A DNA stretch of 64,000 nt from Lama guanicoe (lineage: Eukaryota), in NCBI GenBank assembly GCA_013239625.1, contig MU054220.1:3845374-3909373 (forward strand). Reading direction: 5' to 3'. This document shows, piece after piece, positions 49,717-62,475 of this stretch. Positions within the stretch are counted from its first letter, which is position 1. The number at the start of each line of letters is the position of its first letter. Below the pieces are notes generated by a model, which worked only from the letters and a program-made list of their open reading frames with translations, ran no database searches and was not told where the DNA came from. The position numbers and the translations under genes are program-made.

Positions 49717-50768
49717 ATGCAGAGCACTTAGAGGGTCGTAGAAATTCAGACATAATTGTCAGGGGCTCAGAGCACATTTGGTGAGTGAATAGATGGATGA
49801 CTGGAGACAAGTTGAAGGAGGTTCTCTGATGCCCCTCATATTACCACTCACTTGGGCTGCCTGGGCCTGTCTGCTCCCAGTTCCAGAAACTTCCTTGGGG
49901 CCAGCTAAGCACAAGGCTTCCTTGGTCCTTGTGGCCAGCTCCTCACTGGGTCAGGATGCTCTGGATTCCTTTAGCCCTGCCTGCAGAGTTCCCAAGGAGA
50001 AGCTACCTGGATTTGAAGGCCCTGCCAGGAAAGGACCAGGTGCACTGACCCACCTTCCGGACCTTTGCACTGTCCTGGGATGCAGGTGGGCGTTCCTACC
50101 CAGGTCTGGTCAGAGGTGAGGGGAAAGGGGGCGGAGTCACTCTCCTTCCTGCTGGGAATAAAAATCAGCACATTTGCTTCAGATTTATTGCTTTATTTAG
50201 ACATGTTCTCTTTATAGGTAATTCATGCTCGCTGTCAAACACTTTAAGCGGTGTGGGAGTGTGGAATTCTCTCTTGCATCTACTCTGTCTTTCTAACCTG
50301 AGGCAGGCTGGCATCGCTAATGTCTGCGCACGTGTCCTTCTCCGCATTTTTGCCAAACACCCAATCCATTCACTTAAATTTTGTTTTGCCTTTACAAAAC
50401 CCATATCATACTGAATCTAATCATCTGCAGTTCATTTTTACGTTAAATATTGTGTGGAGGAAACTTTCCAAGGCAGCACATACAGAGCAACTGTTTGTCA
50501 TTGGAGGGACTTACTTCATTTGTTTGGCCTTAAAATTTTGTTAAACTTTCTTTTTCTCCTGGAAGGAATACATGCATATGGTAAAAAATAATAAAAAGTA
50601 AATTCCTTTATTTTCCCAAACACTCCAAGGTTGCTTTTCATTTTTCTGAACTAAACTTTTAAAAACACACTCCTGTTTCTTTATTCATCGTTTTTAGTGA
50701 GGAGCTTCTAAGAAAGGTGAGGAAATTAGTGACCAATCCTTAATCTGTGCTGGCTGTGTGATTTTATT

Positions 50769-50862
50769 ATATTTTTATTTTGTTAATGGAGGCCCTGGGG
50801 ATTGAACCCCGGACCTCATGCATGCTAAGCATGTGCTCTGCCACTGAGCTATACCCTCCACC
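50769..50862 (-). mobile_element. Camelid tRNA-derived SINE (Vic-1-like)
   Basis: ctggggattgaaccccggacctcatgcatgctaagcatgtgctctgccactgagctataccctcc is the antisense of the SINE head. Confidence 0.9.
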
Positions 50863-51009
50863 TGCTCTCTTTGTTTTTTGTTTTCGTTTTCTTTTTCCTT
50901 GTATGTGTGTGTGATTTTATTTTCGTATTGGCAAGGTTAATAGCATTTACATTCCGTTTTACCATGGTAACTATAATTGATTGGAAAGATCAAAGGCTAA
51001 TAACCAGAC

Positions 51010-51260
51010 TTTTAGTAACAGCTGACACTTATAAAGTCCTTCACCATATCCTGATATCATTCAAAGCCCTTCACAGAGAGATGAATTCGTTAAATCCTCG
51101 CAACAACCCTAGTAGGTGGCAACTATTACTGCCCCCATTTTACAGATGAGGAAACTGAAGCACATTAAAAGCTGAGGAATTCACCCAAATCACACTCTGT
51201 GTGACAGAGTGGGGACCGGAACCCCAGCTGGTACCGGGGTCTGTGTTCCTAACCACCACA
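51010..51260 (-). mobile_element. MIR SINE, near full length
   Basis: aatcctcgcaacaaccctagtagg...cccccattttacagatgaggaaactgaagcac. Confidence 0.85.
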
Positions 51261-52879
51261 CTGGTTTGCGTTAAGTCCCTCTCTGTGACTGTTTCAGTCT
51301 TACAATTCCCATAGCATGGACGCACCCCTTAGCTCATTGGAGCCTCCCTTTTCCCCACATCACAGATGGAGAAATACAGCCTGAGTTCACCTCACAGCAC
51401 GTTCCTAACTGGGATCTACATGTGGGATGAGGACATGGGGGGACAGAGGTTAAGAAATTGGAAGAGAAGGGACCTGAGTGTTCAGGGCAGATGGTAGGCA
51501 GCGTCGTGGAGTGAGGCCTGGGCTGTGACCTGGGGCAGGAATCCAACCTCTTTGGACTTGGAATTCCCCAACATAAGTTCAACATGTCGATCAAGTTGAG
51601 CCTGAGTGACTCCGGCCCTAGAACCCTGCGGCTTTGCCTGAACTCGCTTAACTGTGTGACCGTGGGCAGGTCCCTCCTCTTCCCTGAGCCTCTGGCTGGT
51701 AGTAGTGAGCCTCTCATACAAAATCTGGGCAAGGAATAAAAGCGACGATGTGCTCAACGCCCTGAGCACACAGTGAGGAGGAGGAGTCAGAACTGGAGCC
51801 CAGGACCCTGTCCCCCAGCCTGAGCCTCTCCCTCCCCTAGTACCCCCAGAGGGACCCCCTTTCCCCATTCCAGTGGCTGAGGTGCAGGCGACGGGCAGGA
51901 GGATGTGGGAGAAACAGTGTCCAGGAGGAGTCAGACCTGCCGCCTGGCAGCCGTCCTTCCCACAGAAATTCTATCGAGGTCAGAGGGTGCCAGGCGACTC
52001 CTTTGTAGACCCAGAGTGAGCTGTGGGGCTGGCGAAGACATCCGGTTTCTGGATCTGGGGCCCCACACCCTCAGGTCAAGAGAGGGAGGGGTGCAGGCTC
52101 AAGGGGGACTCCGTGTATCTCCCCCACCTTGCTCCCCTCCACTCCGGCAACCTCGTCCCAACCTGTGCACTGCCCAGGTAAGAGTTTGAGACTCAGTGGC
52201 TGGCCCAGCACCAAGGGCAGACCCTGAACTGGCGACCATCCAGGAGGAGCCCCTACCCCCAACCTACTTCAGGACCAACTCACGTCCCCTCCCCAACCCG
52301 CCCCAGGCCTGTGGCAGCTCTCCACTCATCACCTGAAGTGGGACTGACTATCCTCCACCCACAAAGGGCGGGGCCTTAGGGGGCAGCCTTAATGAGAGAA
52401 GCAGGTGGGCTGCATAATGGGGCTCCAGGGAGGGGACGTGTTGAGTGCTGGAGGGGGTGTGGCCTGAGAGCTAATGGTGTTAACAGACCCTAAGGGCGGA
52501 CAGGACTGAGCTCTCATCCTGGGGCCCTGGGAGGGGACAAAATGTGGTACCAGATGCTAGTACAGGTGCCCTGTGGGCCCAAACCCCTTCACTTAAGCGA
52601 CACAGTGTCCTAGTGCAGGCAGTGGTTAGCTGTGACATCAATAATCATAATGAACGGAGTAATGGTCACTACCGTTGGCGGACGCTTACCAAGCAGATTC
52701 TGAGCAATTTCTCCGCTTGGCCGTAGGCGGCCCAACAACCCTCTGAAGTAAGTACTCTGTTGTTCCCGTTTTGTCTCCCATGGAACCAAAGAGGTTAAGT
52801 CATTTGCCCAAGGTCACCCAGAGTCTAACCCAGGTCAGAAGAAGTCCATAGCCTGCTCAGTCTCCATGGCTACGTGACT

Positions 52880-53016
52880 CTCCAACTTTACTGCTGGTAA
52901 AAAGCAGACTCCCGGGCCCTGCCTTGACTCACTAAGTCAGCATGCAAAGGGAGTGAGGCTCTGGAAGCTGTATTTTTGACAAGTGCCCCAGGCGGTTCTG
53001 GTTTGGAAAATCCTGC
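52880..53016. mobile_element. MER5A-like hAT-Charlie MITE
   Basis: aaaagcagactcccgggccc...ctgtatttttgacaagtgccccaggcggttctg...tttggaaaatcctg. Confidence 0.65.
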
Positions 53017-54819
53017 ACTAGGCTGCCCAAAGGAACCTACTCAGAGAAAGCTAGGAAGTACCCAGATGGCAGCGTTGCTGAGGGAGGGAAGGAGGGCTTC
53101 CTGTGACAGACATCTCGGAGGGGATGGGCAGGAGGCTGCCCTGGGGCTGCTGGAGGTAGGGAGCCATTACCTCCCCTCTTGCCTTGCCTGTGCCCCCTTG
53201 TCTGGCAGCCTGGACAGAACTCGAGGTCAAAGGCCTCATCTAAAAGGCTCTGGCGGGTGGGGCTCGGGGCCTAGTTGATCAATAGGGTCTGGTGGCCCTG
53301 GGGTGAAGCCTTGCAGAGGGTGGCAGATGGACACCCCCACACCTCTCCCAGGAGTCAGGCAAGAGCTCTCCTGGCTGATCTTCCTGGGGCTTCCCTGCCC
53401 CCACTCCCCCCTCCCCTGTGACTCCCAGCTGGTCCCCCAACCGCAGCTGTAATTCCACCTCCTCCTCAGAAGGACACAGCAGGTTCAAAACCCTGGCACT
53501 GTCATCCCCACATCAACAGTGACAACCACCCGCCCTGTTGGACAGGTGGGGGGCTGTGTGACACCCGCCCACCCCCATCTAACCAAACAGGAGACTGAGG
53601 AGGTCCGGAAAGATGGGCAGAGTGTGCACTGCAGAAGGGCACCCACCTCAAGGGGCAGGTGGGGCTGACATCCAGGCTGACCTGTCCAGTGCCTGGCATG
53701 GGGCTGTGTCCCAGGGTGGGGGGTGGGAGGGTGGCACAAGGGCACTGGGTGGGCAGATCCAGTCTGCAGGAGGAGGCTGAGATTTGCCTGGCATCACCTG
53801 GTTGCCAGGTCACTGGTCTTCAGACCCCTGCACCCTCTCTGTTCCAAGAGACCAGTCATTTCAATTTCCTTTATCCAGAGAACCCTTATTTCAAAGTATA
53901 TCTTACGTAAAATAGGAAGTCACAGTAGCACTAGCCAACAAGGTTTGAGTGCTGCCTGTGTGCCAGGCTCCGTGCAGAGCACTTCACGTGGGCTGTCTCA
54001 TTCAATCCTAAAGATGACCTGATGGATAGCTACCCTTGTTATTGCCAGTTTAAAGCTGCAGAGACCAAAGAAGAGATAAATCAGGTACAAATAGCACTGC
54101 TGCTCCGGCTCCGGTGGGGCCACCCCAGCCAGACCTCTAGCCTCCAGGGGTTCCTCAGGGCACAGTTTGACAATCTGTGTACAGGCAACCCTGAACACGA
54201 TATTTGTACCTGAACCAGAAAACACATCAAAACAATGACCCACATCAAGTTTACACAGGGACAGTGCCTCTTGGAACCTCAGCAGCTTTCTAGAATCCCG
54301 TCGTGCCCACCTCGTCATCCTCATCCTCAATACTACCTTATCATGCCCACTTTGCAGTCTTAGTAAAGAATCGAAATGCTCGCCTGTTGCTTTATCTGCC
54401 CATGCTCCACCCTGACCCTTTCTTCTGGTGGTACTACCCTCTCCCAACGCCATCTCTTGTGCTTTGAGGCGGGGTTGCCCTGTTCTTACAGGACCCCATC
54501 CCTAGATCACAGCTGATTGGTGGATATTTGATCCCAGCTGGGCCAGTCAGAGTGCGTCCACCCTTGAATGGAGGAAGTGCTCCTGCCTGGTGAGGGGACC
54601 TCCAGATGCCTCTTCAGAGATCTCGTTGGCCATGTTGCCCATCTATGGAGGATTCAGTCTGCAAGGAGAGGGACACAACACAGCCTGCAGGGGGATCAGA
54701 GAGCCCTGTGGTATTTGATTTTCTGCTTCGGGTCCTTGAGCTGCAGCGACATTTCTGCCTTTCTCACTGATTGCTTGTTCATCCCTTCTTATGTTGACCT
54801 AGCTAAGCAGACAATTTGA

Positions 54820-55720
54820 GTTGACCACTTAATAGCCATCCTTGCCCTTCTTTTTTCCTGGCAGAACCTGCATCTCAATCAGGCTTCCTTAAAGATAGGG
54901 AAATGGTCCAGTATGAACTGTGCCCAATGAGATGTAAGGGAAGGTCTGATGGCAGTGGTAGGGGGTACCTAAGAAGCTTTTCCTTATTGTTCAAGGGGAC
55001 ATAGGACAGGTCCTGTGAAGAGTAGTTTGTTGTGGGCAGCTATCAGTTGTACCCTTTTCCCATGTAAGAGGAGTTTTTAGCTGGACACACGGTTGTCCAG
55101 CCAAAGATTGCATTTCCCAGCCTCCCTTGTAGCTGTGTGTGGCGATGTAGCCAAGTTCTAACCAATGATATAAGTACAAGTGATGTGTGCAAATTTTGTG
55201 GCTGTGCCTGTTAAAAGGAGGGGTGTAGCCTCTTCTCCCTTTCTTCTTCCTTCTTGAGACTAAAATACTTATGTGATAATGAGCCATCTTCATCCTTGTA
55301 GATAAGGGCAGCAAGCTAGAGAAATCTAGTCCTTAATTTCACTGGCTGCCATGTTAACCCTGAACTGGTGTTGGAGAATAAAGGGACAGGAAAATAGATT
55401 TCTGTGTTGTTTAATCCCCTACTATTTTGGATCTTGTTATAGCAGCTATCCTACCTGATACAGGGTCTTCTTGCTTTAGGTCTTGCTGTGTTGTCTGGAG
55501 CTGTGGCAGCCATCTTGTGACCATGAGGGGAAACCCAAGGGGATAACTAAGAAGCCAAATGAGAGTCCTCCTTCCATTGAGCTGCTCAACTTGCTAACTC
55601 TGCAACCACTCATTCCAGACATCTTTTTAGGTGAGACAATACATATCTTATTCAAGCTAATTTCGTTGGTCTTTTTTTTTTTTTAATCATTTTTAGGAAA
55701 GCATGCCAATTGAAGTACTC
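54820..55720 (+). mobile_element. Nested old MaLR LTRs (MLT1J-like ~55030-55461 inside an MLT1K-like LTR)
   Basis: catttcccagcctcccttgtagct...ccaagttctaaccaatg...ttgttatagcagc...ctgataca; flanks gcccaatgagatgtaaggg and ggagctgtggcagccatcttgtgaccatgaggg. Confidence 0.7.
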
Positions 55721-57079
55721 TAGGAGGTCTGTGGTGGAGTTGCCTAAAGTCATGCCCTGGCCAGGGACAGTGTAAGGCCACAGCCTTGTGGGGAGTTTTG
55801 TGACCCAAGCCTACTCTCCCATCAGGAGGTTCTGCCCCTTCCATACAGTTGGTGCAAATCCAGCCTCAAACCTTACACAAATCAGCTATTAAAAGAGTGT
55901 TGAAAAAACAGAGCCTCCCTGTTTATCCATTAAGGAGGGAGAGAGAGAGAGAAAGAGAGAAAGAGGTAAAGACATCTCACCTAAGGTGTATGGTAAGGGA
56001 AGCGTGACTTGTGTCCTCTGACTGGGAATATGAGTCTCTCCTGGGTCCCTGCTGCTGGCCATGAAGCTTTACCCCGAGAGCTTTATTTCTGTCCACAATT
56101 TCCATTTCATGGAGCCAGGAGTTCCACGGATCACTCAGGATCTTGTAAGGAAACTGAAATCACATAGATATGACTTTGAGGAGGATTTAGTGAAAGGACT
56201 TTACAGAGATGTGCAAAGGGCTAGGGGAATGTGGAGGCAACCACAAACCAGCAACAGCTGGAAGCTATGGGGAGAGACGGACAAGGGCTGGAGTGCAGGA
56301 GGGGCCGCCCCCAGGAGCTGCCCCTGTAGAGGGATGCAACCAAAACCTTGGTGGGAACATCCTCCTTTCCTCCCACCTTCTGATCTCCTCCCCCCACTAG
56401 AGTAAGGGAGCCTGGGGGATACAGTCCTTAGAGGTCAACATCCTGGGGCAGAGAAGGAGGCACAGAGCCTGGATTGGAGGGAGAGGCAGGTATGAGAGAG
56501 GAAGGCAGAGGCACAGTTGGTTCAGATCCACTTGCTCCAGAACCTCCCAGCCTCCCGTTGTTGGGAGAAACAGACAGGAAGGAGGGAAAGCCAAAGATCC
56601 CTCGGCCCTGGCGGTTCTGGTTACAGAGGATCCAGGTTCAGAGGCCACTGAGCAGGCAGCTGGTGCCAGGCTGCTTCACAGAAAGAGGGAGAACCCCAGG
56701 GGTGAGGGAGGCAAAGAGCCAGCTATCCTGCCGGTTGGGCACCAGAGGGCATCTCGGGAAGGGTCCTTGCAAATCATGGCAAATGATGAAAAGTGCAGGC
56801 AGATAAGTAACTTAAAAGACCCAGGCTTGCTGGAAATGTTCTCTGATCTTGGCTCAGCTGCTGGGCAGCCAGGCTTACAAGCTCTATTTTTAATCAGGGA
56901 CAGTGGGGTGGAGACAACTGGTTCCATTGGGTTGCTTTGAAAGGGAGGCTCTGCCTCTGTCTTCCCTGTGGCTGCCTTTGCTCTGTCCCCAGGAGCTCCT
57001 CCACTCCAGCCCCAGAATGAGAAAGGTCACCAGAAACCCTTCCCAGGTAGACAGAGGAGGTGGAGATCATGCGTTTGGA

Positions 57080-57280
57080 CTGCAGAAAGCAGTGGGTTTG
57101 AGTTGCAGCTCTGCCATTTAAATTATGGGGGCATAATTTCATCCTGAAAAATTTCAATTACCTCATCTGTGAAATGGGGTAACAACAGTGCCTACCTCAC
57201 AGGGACATTTTGAGGATTCAGTGTGACTGTGTGTGTGCAAAGCTTAGCACACGCAGGACCTGCAGAAGAAGTGCTCAATG
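57080..57280 (+). mobile_element. MIR SINE
   Basis: cctcatctgtgaaatggggtaacaacagtgcctacctcacaggg...aagcttagcac...aagtgctcaat. Confidence 0.85.
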
Positions 57281-58202
57281 AGCTCCCCATCTTCCTGTAT
57301 CATCTTTTCTGGCGACCATGAAGGGACTGCCTGAATTCACACCCTAGCTCTACTCAGCTTCTCTGAGCTTCAGTTTCCTCATCTGTAAGATATGCATACT
57401 GACTGTCCACCTCCCATGGTCAACATGACGACTAGGAGAGTGACGGCGCCAGGCTTGTAGTAAGCACTAAACAGACGGCAGCTGTCATGGTTATTGTTGC
57501 TGTTATTATTATTTTATGAGAAAATTGGGGTGAAAGAGCAAACAGCCCCAAGTCACTGTTATGGGGTGGGGAGTCTAGACTATATAGTTGGGGAGGATCT
57601 GTTGTAGGCTGGACCCCTTCCGATGCCAGTCCTTCATCTCTCATTATCAGAGCAAGAAATGACATTGTAAGTGCCCTTCATGATCATGAAACGCATCCTT
57701 GGGGTAGGGAGGGGGGTTGGCCAGTTCAGCACCATGAATAACAGCTGGAGCCTCAGCCTCACATGGGCTGCACCTATGGGCTGTGGAACCTGGAACAAAT
57801 CACCTACCCTCTCTGAGCCTCAGTTTCTTCATCTGTAGGACTCCTCCCAGCACAGCTGTTATGGTTAAATGTAAAGGACTTAGGGCTCAGCTCAGAATCA
57901 AAGATGATCTTTTTTTAAAAAAAGTATTCCTTGGACAGGACTAAGGTCCTGAGTACCCCAGAGGGAGGGAAGCCTAACTGTCCCCTCGAAGGTGGAGAGG
58001 GCTGCACATCAACACGCCTAGCCATCAGGAAAGTCCAAACCAGAACCCCGGTGACATGTCAGCTCATGCCTGTCAGGATGGCTACTGTCAAAAAGACAAC
58101 AGAGGTTGGCGAGGATGCAGAGAGCAAGGAACTCCTATACGCTGTTGGTGGGAATGGAAAACAGTGCGGAGGCCCCTCAAGAAATTAAAAATAGAACTAC
58201 CA

Positions 58203-58868
58203 ACAAGCCAGGAAGAGTTAACAAGGATGCAGCGTTATTCATAATAGCCAACTGATGGACCCAAATGTCCATCAACTGATGAGTGGAGGTGGGGAGGGTA
58301 CAGCTCAGCGGTAGAGCACATACATAGCACGCATGAGGTCCTGAGTTCAAACCCCAGTACCACCATTTAAAAAAAATTAAAGTTTAAGCAACAATAACAA
58401 AAAAAAAAAACCAATGAGTGTATAACAAAATGTGGAAAAACTGTACAACAGAATTTTACTCAGCAATAAAAATGAATAAGATACATAGTATATGCTACAA
58501 CATGGGAACCTCAAAAATATTATGCTAACTGAAAGGAGCCAGTCACAAAAGACCGTGTACTGTCTAACTGCATTTATATGAGATGTCCAGGATGGGAAAA
58601 TTTATAAAGGTGAAAAGCAGATTAGTGGATTAGTGGTTGTCTAAGTCTCAGGGGCATGATTTGGGGAGAGTGACTGCTAATAAGTACAGGGTTTCTTTTT
58701 GATGTAATGAACATATTATAAAATTAAATTATTTTGATACTTTCATAACTCATGAACAAAATAAAAACCATTGAACTGTACTCTTTAATTAAGCAGTTTC
58801 ATGTTAGAGGAATTGTATCACAAGAAAGCTGTTTCCTATAATAAATATAAATATAAGAAAGAAAAACC
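58203..58868 (+). mobile_element. Second L1 3' end (L1MB-like) nested in the L1MA9-like element
   Basis: cccaaatgtccatcaac...gaacctcaaaaatattatgctaactgaaaggagccagtcacaaaag...gactgctaataagtacagggtttc plus A-rich tail. 13-bp duplication aatagaactacca at 58190-58202 and 58869-58881. Confidence 0.8.
58286..58408 (+). mobile_element. Camelid tRNA-derived SINE (Vic-1-like)
   Basis: ggggagggtacagctcagcggtagagcac...gaggtcctgagttcaaaccccagtacc plus A-tail. TSD aac(tg/ca)atgagtg at 58274-58285 and 58409-58420. Confidence 0.9.
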
Positions 58869-59989
58869 AATAGAACTACCATTTGATCCAGCAATTCTGC
58901 TGCTGGGTATATATCTGAAAGAAATGAAACCATTATCTCGAAATATATCTGCACTCCACATTCACTGCAGCATTCTTCACAATAGCCAAGGTACAGAAAC
59001 AACCTGTTTGTCATGAATGAGTGGATCAAGAAAATGTGATATAATATATAAATATATATATATACACACACACACATATATATATATATACACACACACA
59101 CACAATAGAATATTATTCAGCCTTTAAAAAGAAAGAAGTCCTGTCATTTGTAACAACATGGATAAACCTGGAGGGCATTGTGCTAGGTGAAATAAACCAG
59201 ACAGAGAAAGACAAATACCACATGGCATCCCTTACACATAGAAAGTAAAAAAAAAGAGAGAGAGAGAGAGAAAAGTTGAACTCATAGAAACAGACAGTAG
59301 AAAAATGGTGGCTCGGGTCTGGGGGTGGGTGGAAATAGGGAAAGGCTGATCAAAGGGTACATAACTTTCAGTTATTAAATGAATAAGGTCAGAAGACCTA
59401 ACGTATAACATGGTGACTACAGTTGATAACACTATGCTGTATAACTGAAATTTGCTGAGAGAGTAGAACTTTAAGGTTCTCACCAAAAAAAAAAAAAAGA
59501 TAAAATGTTGGGGTGAAAAAAAGACACAAGAGAGGTCATGCTCATGCCTGGTGAACAGACCATCCCCAAAACGCTTGGGCAGGGAGGAGTAAGCTCACTC
59601 TCTCCCCTCCAAGGACTTAAATTTCCTGGTTGACACCACACATGTGGTGCAGTCTGAGTTGCCACGATGCTCCTCCAGCCACCTGGACACCCCTGGAGAA
59701 CGGGAGACCAGGTCTGCCTTCCCCTGTCTCCCAAATCTGCATCCTGGACAGGTTCACAAGCGGTGCTCAGTAAGGAAAGTCACACATTTGTGCTTGGTAT
59801 CTCTGTTTACTGAACATTTCCACACCTGTTATCACGTCTCTGTCCTATAGGATTGGTCTTACCTTTCCTGTTTTACCAGCTCAAATGGATCAAAAGACTT
59901 GCCTAAGGTCACACAGCTGGTGAAGATCTGAGGATGCTCCTGCCAAACCCTGGATATTCCTCTAAAATGATAGCTGAAGTGCTTTGTTT

Positions 59990-60210
59990 TGTTCTGAATC
60001 CTTACTGTGTCTCAGATTGTGTGCTGTGCGCGTTACATCCATCACGTCATTCAATCCTCATAAGAGCTTGGTGAGGTAGGTGCTACTATTGTCTCCATTT
60101 TCCAGGTGTGGAAACTGAGATTCCTAATGTAGGACTTGCCCAGGGTCACACAGCCAACAGAGCAGAGCTGGGATATGGAACCAGACCCGTTCTCCAGAGC
60201 CTTTCAGACG
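59990..60210 (-). mobile_element. MIR SINE
   Basis: cattcaatcctcat...tgaggtaggtgctactattgtctccattttccaggtgtggaaactgaga...acttgcccagggtcacacagc. Confidence 0.85.
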
Positions 60211-60521
60211 CTTCAGAGCCCAGACTCTCAACCACCACACTCAGCTGACCAAATTTTCTTCCCCAGCTCTGAAACTGTAGATACAATGCAAACCCTTTCC
60301 TACAAGATGTCAGTATTTCTTGTCCTTCCATTTCACCCCCCGTACCCAGGATAAGGCAAGACAGAAGGACTAGGCAGGGATGGACCCAGAGAGGTGAAAT
60401 GACACCATCAGGGTCAACACAACGGGTAAACAACAAATCCAGGACTAGAATTGTCGGATTCCAGAGCCTGTGCTCCCAGCCATCATATGTTATCACCTCC
60501 AATCATCTTTAATTAATTTAG

Positions 60522-60561
60522 TATTTTATTTTATTTTATTTTATTTTATTTTATTTATTTA
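60522..60561. repeat. (TATTT)n microsatellite
   Basis: Direct reading. Confidence 0.92.
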
Positions 60562-62344
60562 TAGTGAAATACTTATAGTTCATTAATTTCTCTAGTTGTG
60601 GTTTCTACGCGCTCTATGAGAATTTGTTCTGATCTCCTCTGGAGCAAAGCTGGGTGTCACTCACCTTCTGAGCTGCAGCACCCAGCACAGTGCCTGTCAC
60701 AGCATTGGTACTAACAGCTGGAGCAATGAATAAGTGAAGAAGTGAACCTCCAAACGCATGTTCTGATTTCCTTTGCTGATTTGCAGTGCTCCTTCCTTCA
60801 CAGCACAACCTCAAAGATCTGGAGTTGCCAGAACACTGAGTTACCAGCACAATGCCTCAGCCCAGGGGAGGTGTGAACTGGCGGACGTGGGCTGTGTACA
60901 GCAGGTTGGCTAAGCCTGTGGACTCTGGACCAGCGTGCCTGGGTTCAAATTCTGACTCTACCACATAGTGGTTCCGGGACCTCAGGCAAGTTACTTAGCC
61001 TTGCCCATCAGCAGGAGGGGTTGCCACAAGCCAGGCTGTGGGGATAGGAGTCACCTCCAGCTGGCGGAAGGCATCCAGGGCTCCAGCGATGGGCAAGGCG
61101 GATGGGGCGTTTGCAGTCAGTGCCTTAATGCTTCTCCTCCGCCAGACTCTCCCTTTGGCCAGCTCTGTACTCCTGCCTGGCCAAACGCATAAAGCCTTGT
61201 TAATAATGAATAGGCCCCCGTCTGCCTTGCTTAACACTGAGCTCCAAGCAGATGCACAGCCCTTTATAAATGATCCAGTCCAGCTGATTAGGCCCCACGG
61301 GGCACGTTCCTGCAGCCAGCCTCTTGTTCCCCGTAATGGAATCATAATGTTAATGTGATTTCAATTAGGGCTACGTTACAGAACACAGGTGCTGGAGTGC
61401 GCCTGTGGGCCCGGAGGCCTCCCTGGGGACTCATTTTCCTGGGAAAGGTACGTGTGTTTCCAAGGTCTTGGCCAACCTCAGGAAAAAGCAAGTCATCCGG
61501 GCTGCGGGGATGTGGTAAGGGCAGAGTTGAGAGGAACTCAGGGCCCATGTTCACTGCTCTTGGGGCCCCAGACCTGTGTTTCTTATTCAGACTCGACTAG
61601 AATGTAGGCCCTTTTACGGGAGAAAAAAATTTGTCTTGGGGGGCCTCTAGGCCCCAATTTGAGATATGCTAGCCCAAGAACCAAAATCTCAGTCTAGGAA
61701 AATGTCTCTTCATTGTAAATTATCACTGTAAAAGGGAGACATCATGTTGACAAATGGCAACAGCATTTTTTTTTTCTTAAAAATAACTCCCATGTAAGGA
61801 GGGCTTACCATGTGCCAGACATAATTCTTGGTATTTTAGGTGTAGGAACTCATTTCTTAGATGTTAGCATCAAAATGAAAGCATGCAAACATTTTTTGAA
61901 AATTATCATAGGATGCATTTCTACTGTACAGAGTGTCTGTAACTATATATGATGCTGTCAAAGCCATCTTCAATCTGTAAAACAAATATACATATGTCAA
62001 TATTGACTTATTATCTATGCGTCTAGACTTTATGGATACCCTGTATTTTCACAGATGGGTCTCCTTCACTCCATGGTGAGCACTGGAATTTAGAGAATTT
62101 GCATCTTCTTATTTGTATCTACAGGGAGTGCTTAGGTGATTATTTATCTCAGTTTCCTCAATGTAACATGGGACCCCACTGGATAGACGTGGATTAAATG
62201 AAATAATTCAAGTAAAGCAATTAGCGCAGCACCTGACACATAGTCAGCTTTCAATAAATAGTGGTCACTATTGTTCACAGCAATATTGTTGTTGTTATTG
62301 TTGTTAAGCCTATGGTTTTTTGAATAAGGGATTTACAGAGTGAG

Positions 62345-62475
62345 GGAGGGATGGCTGAATGAATAGAAGATGGATGGATGGATGGGATAATGAGCGAAAG
62401 GATGAAAAGATGGAGGATGATGGATGATGAATACGGAATGGACAGAGAGCCTTAGGATGGACGGATGGATGGATG
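62345..62475. repeat. Degenerate (GGAT)n tract (a similar tract lies at ~46375-46465)
   Basis: Direct reading. Confidence 0.8.

Larger units (their letters stand above)
58020..59500 (+). mobile_element. L1MA9-like 3' region (ORF2 end plus 3'UTR), interrupted at 58203-58868
   Basis: cctgtcaggatggctactgtcaaaaagac...ctgttggtgggaatg...aatagaactacca|tttgatccagcaattc...acatggataaacctggagggcattgtgctaggtgaaataa...gagagagtagaactttaaggttctcacc plus poly-A. Confidence 0.85.

Noticed and set aside
57725..57745. RE1 left half-site TTCAGCACCA
   Set aside because: The right half (GGACAG) is absent at canonical spacing.
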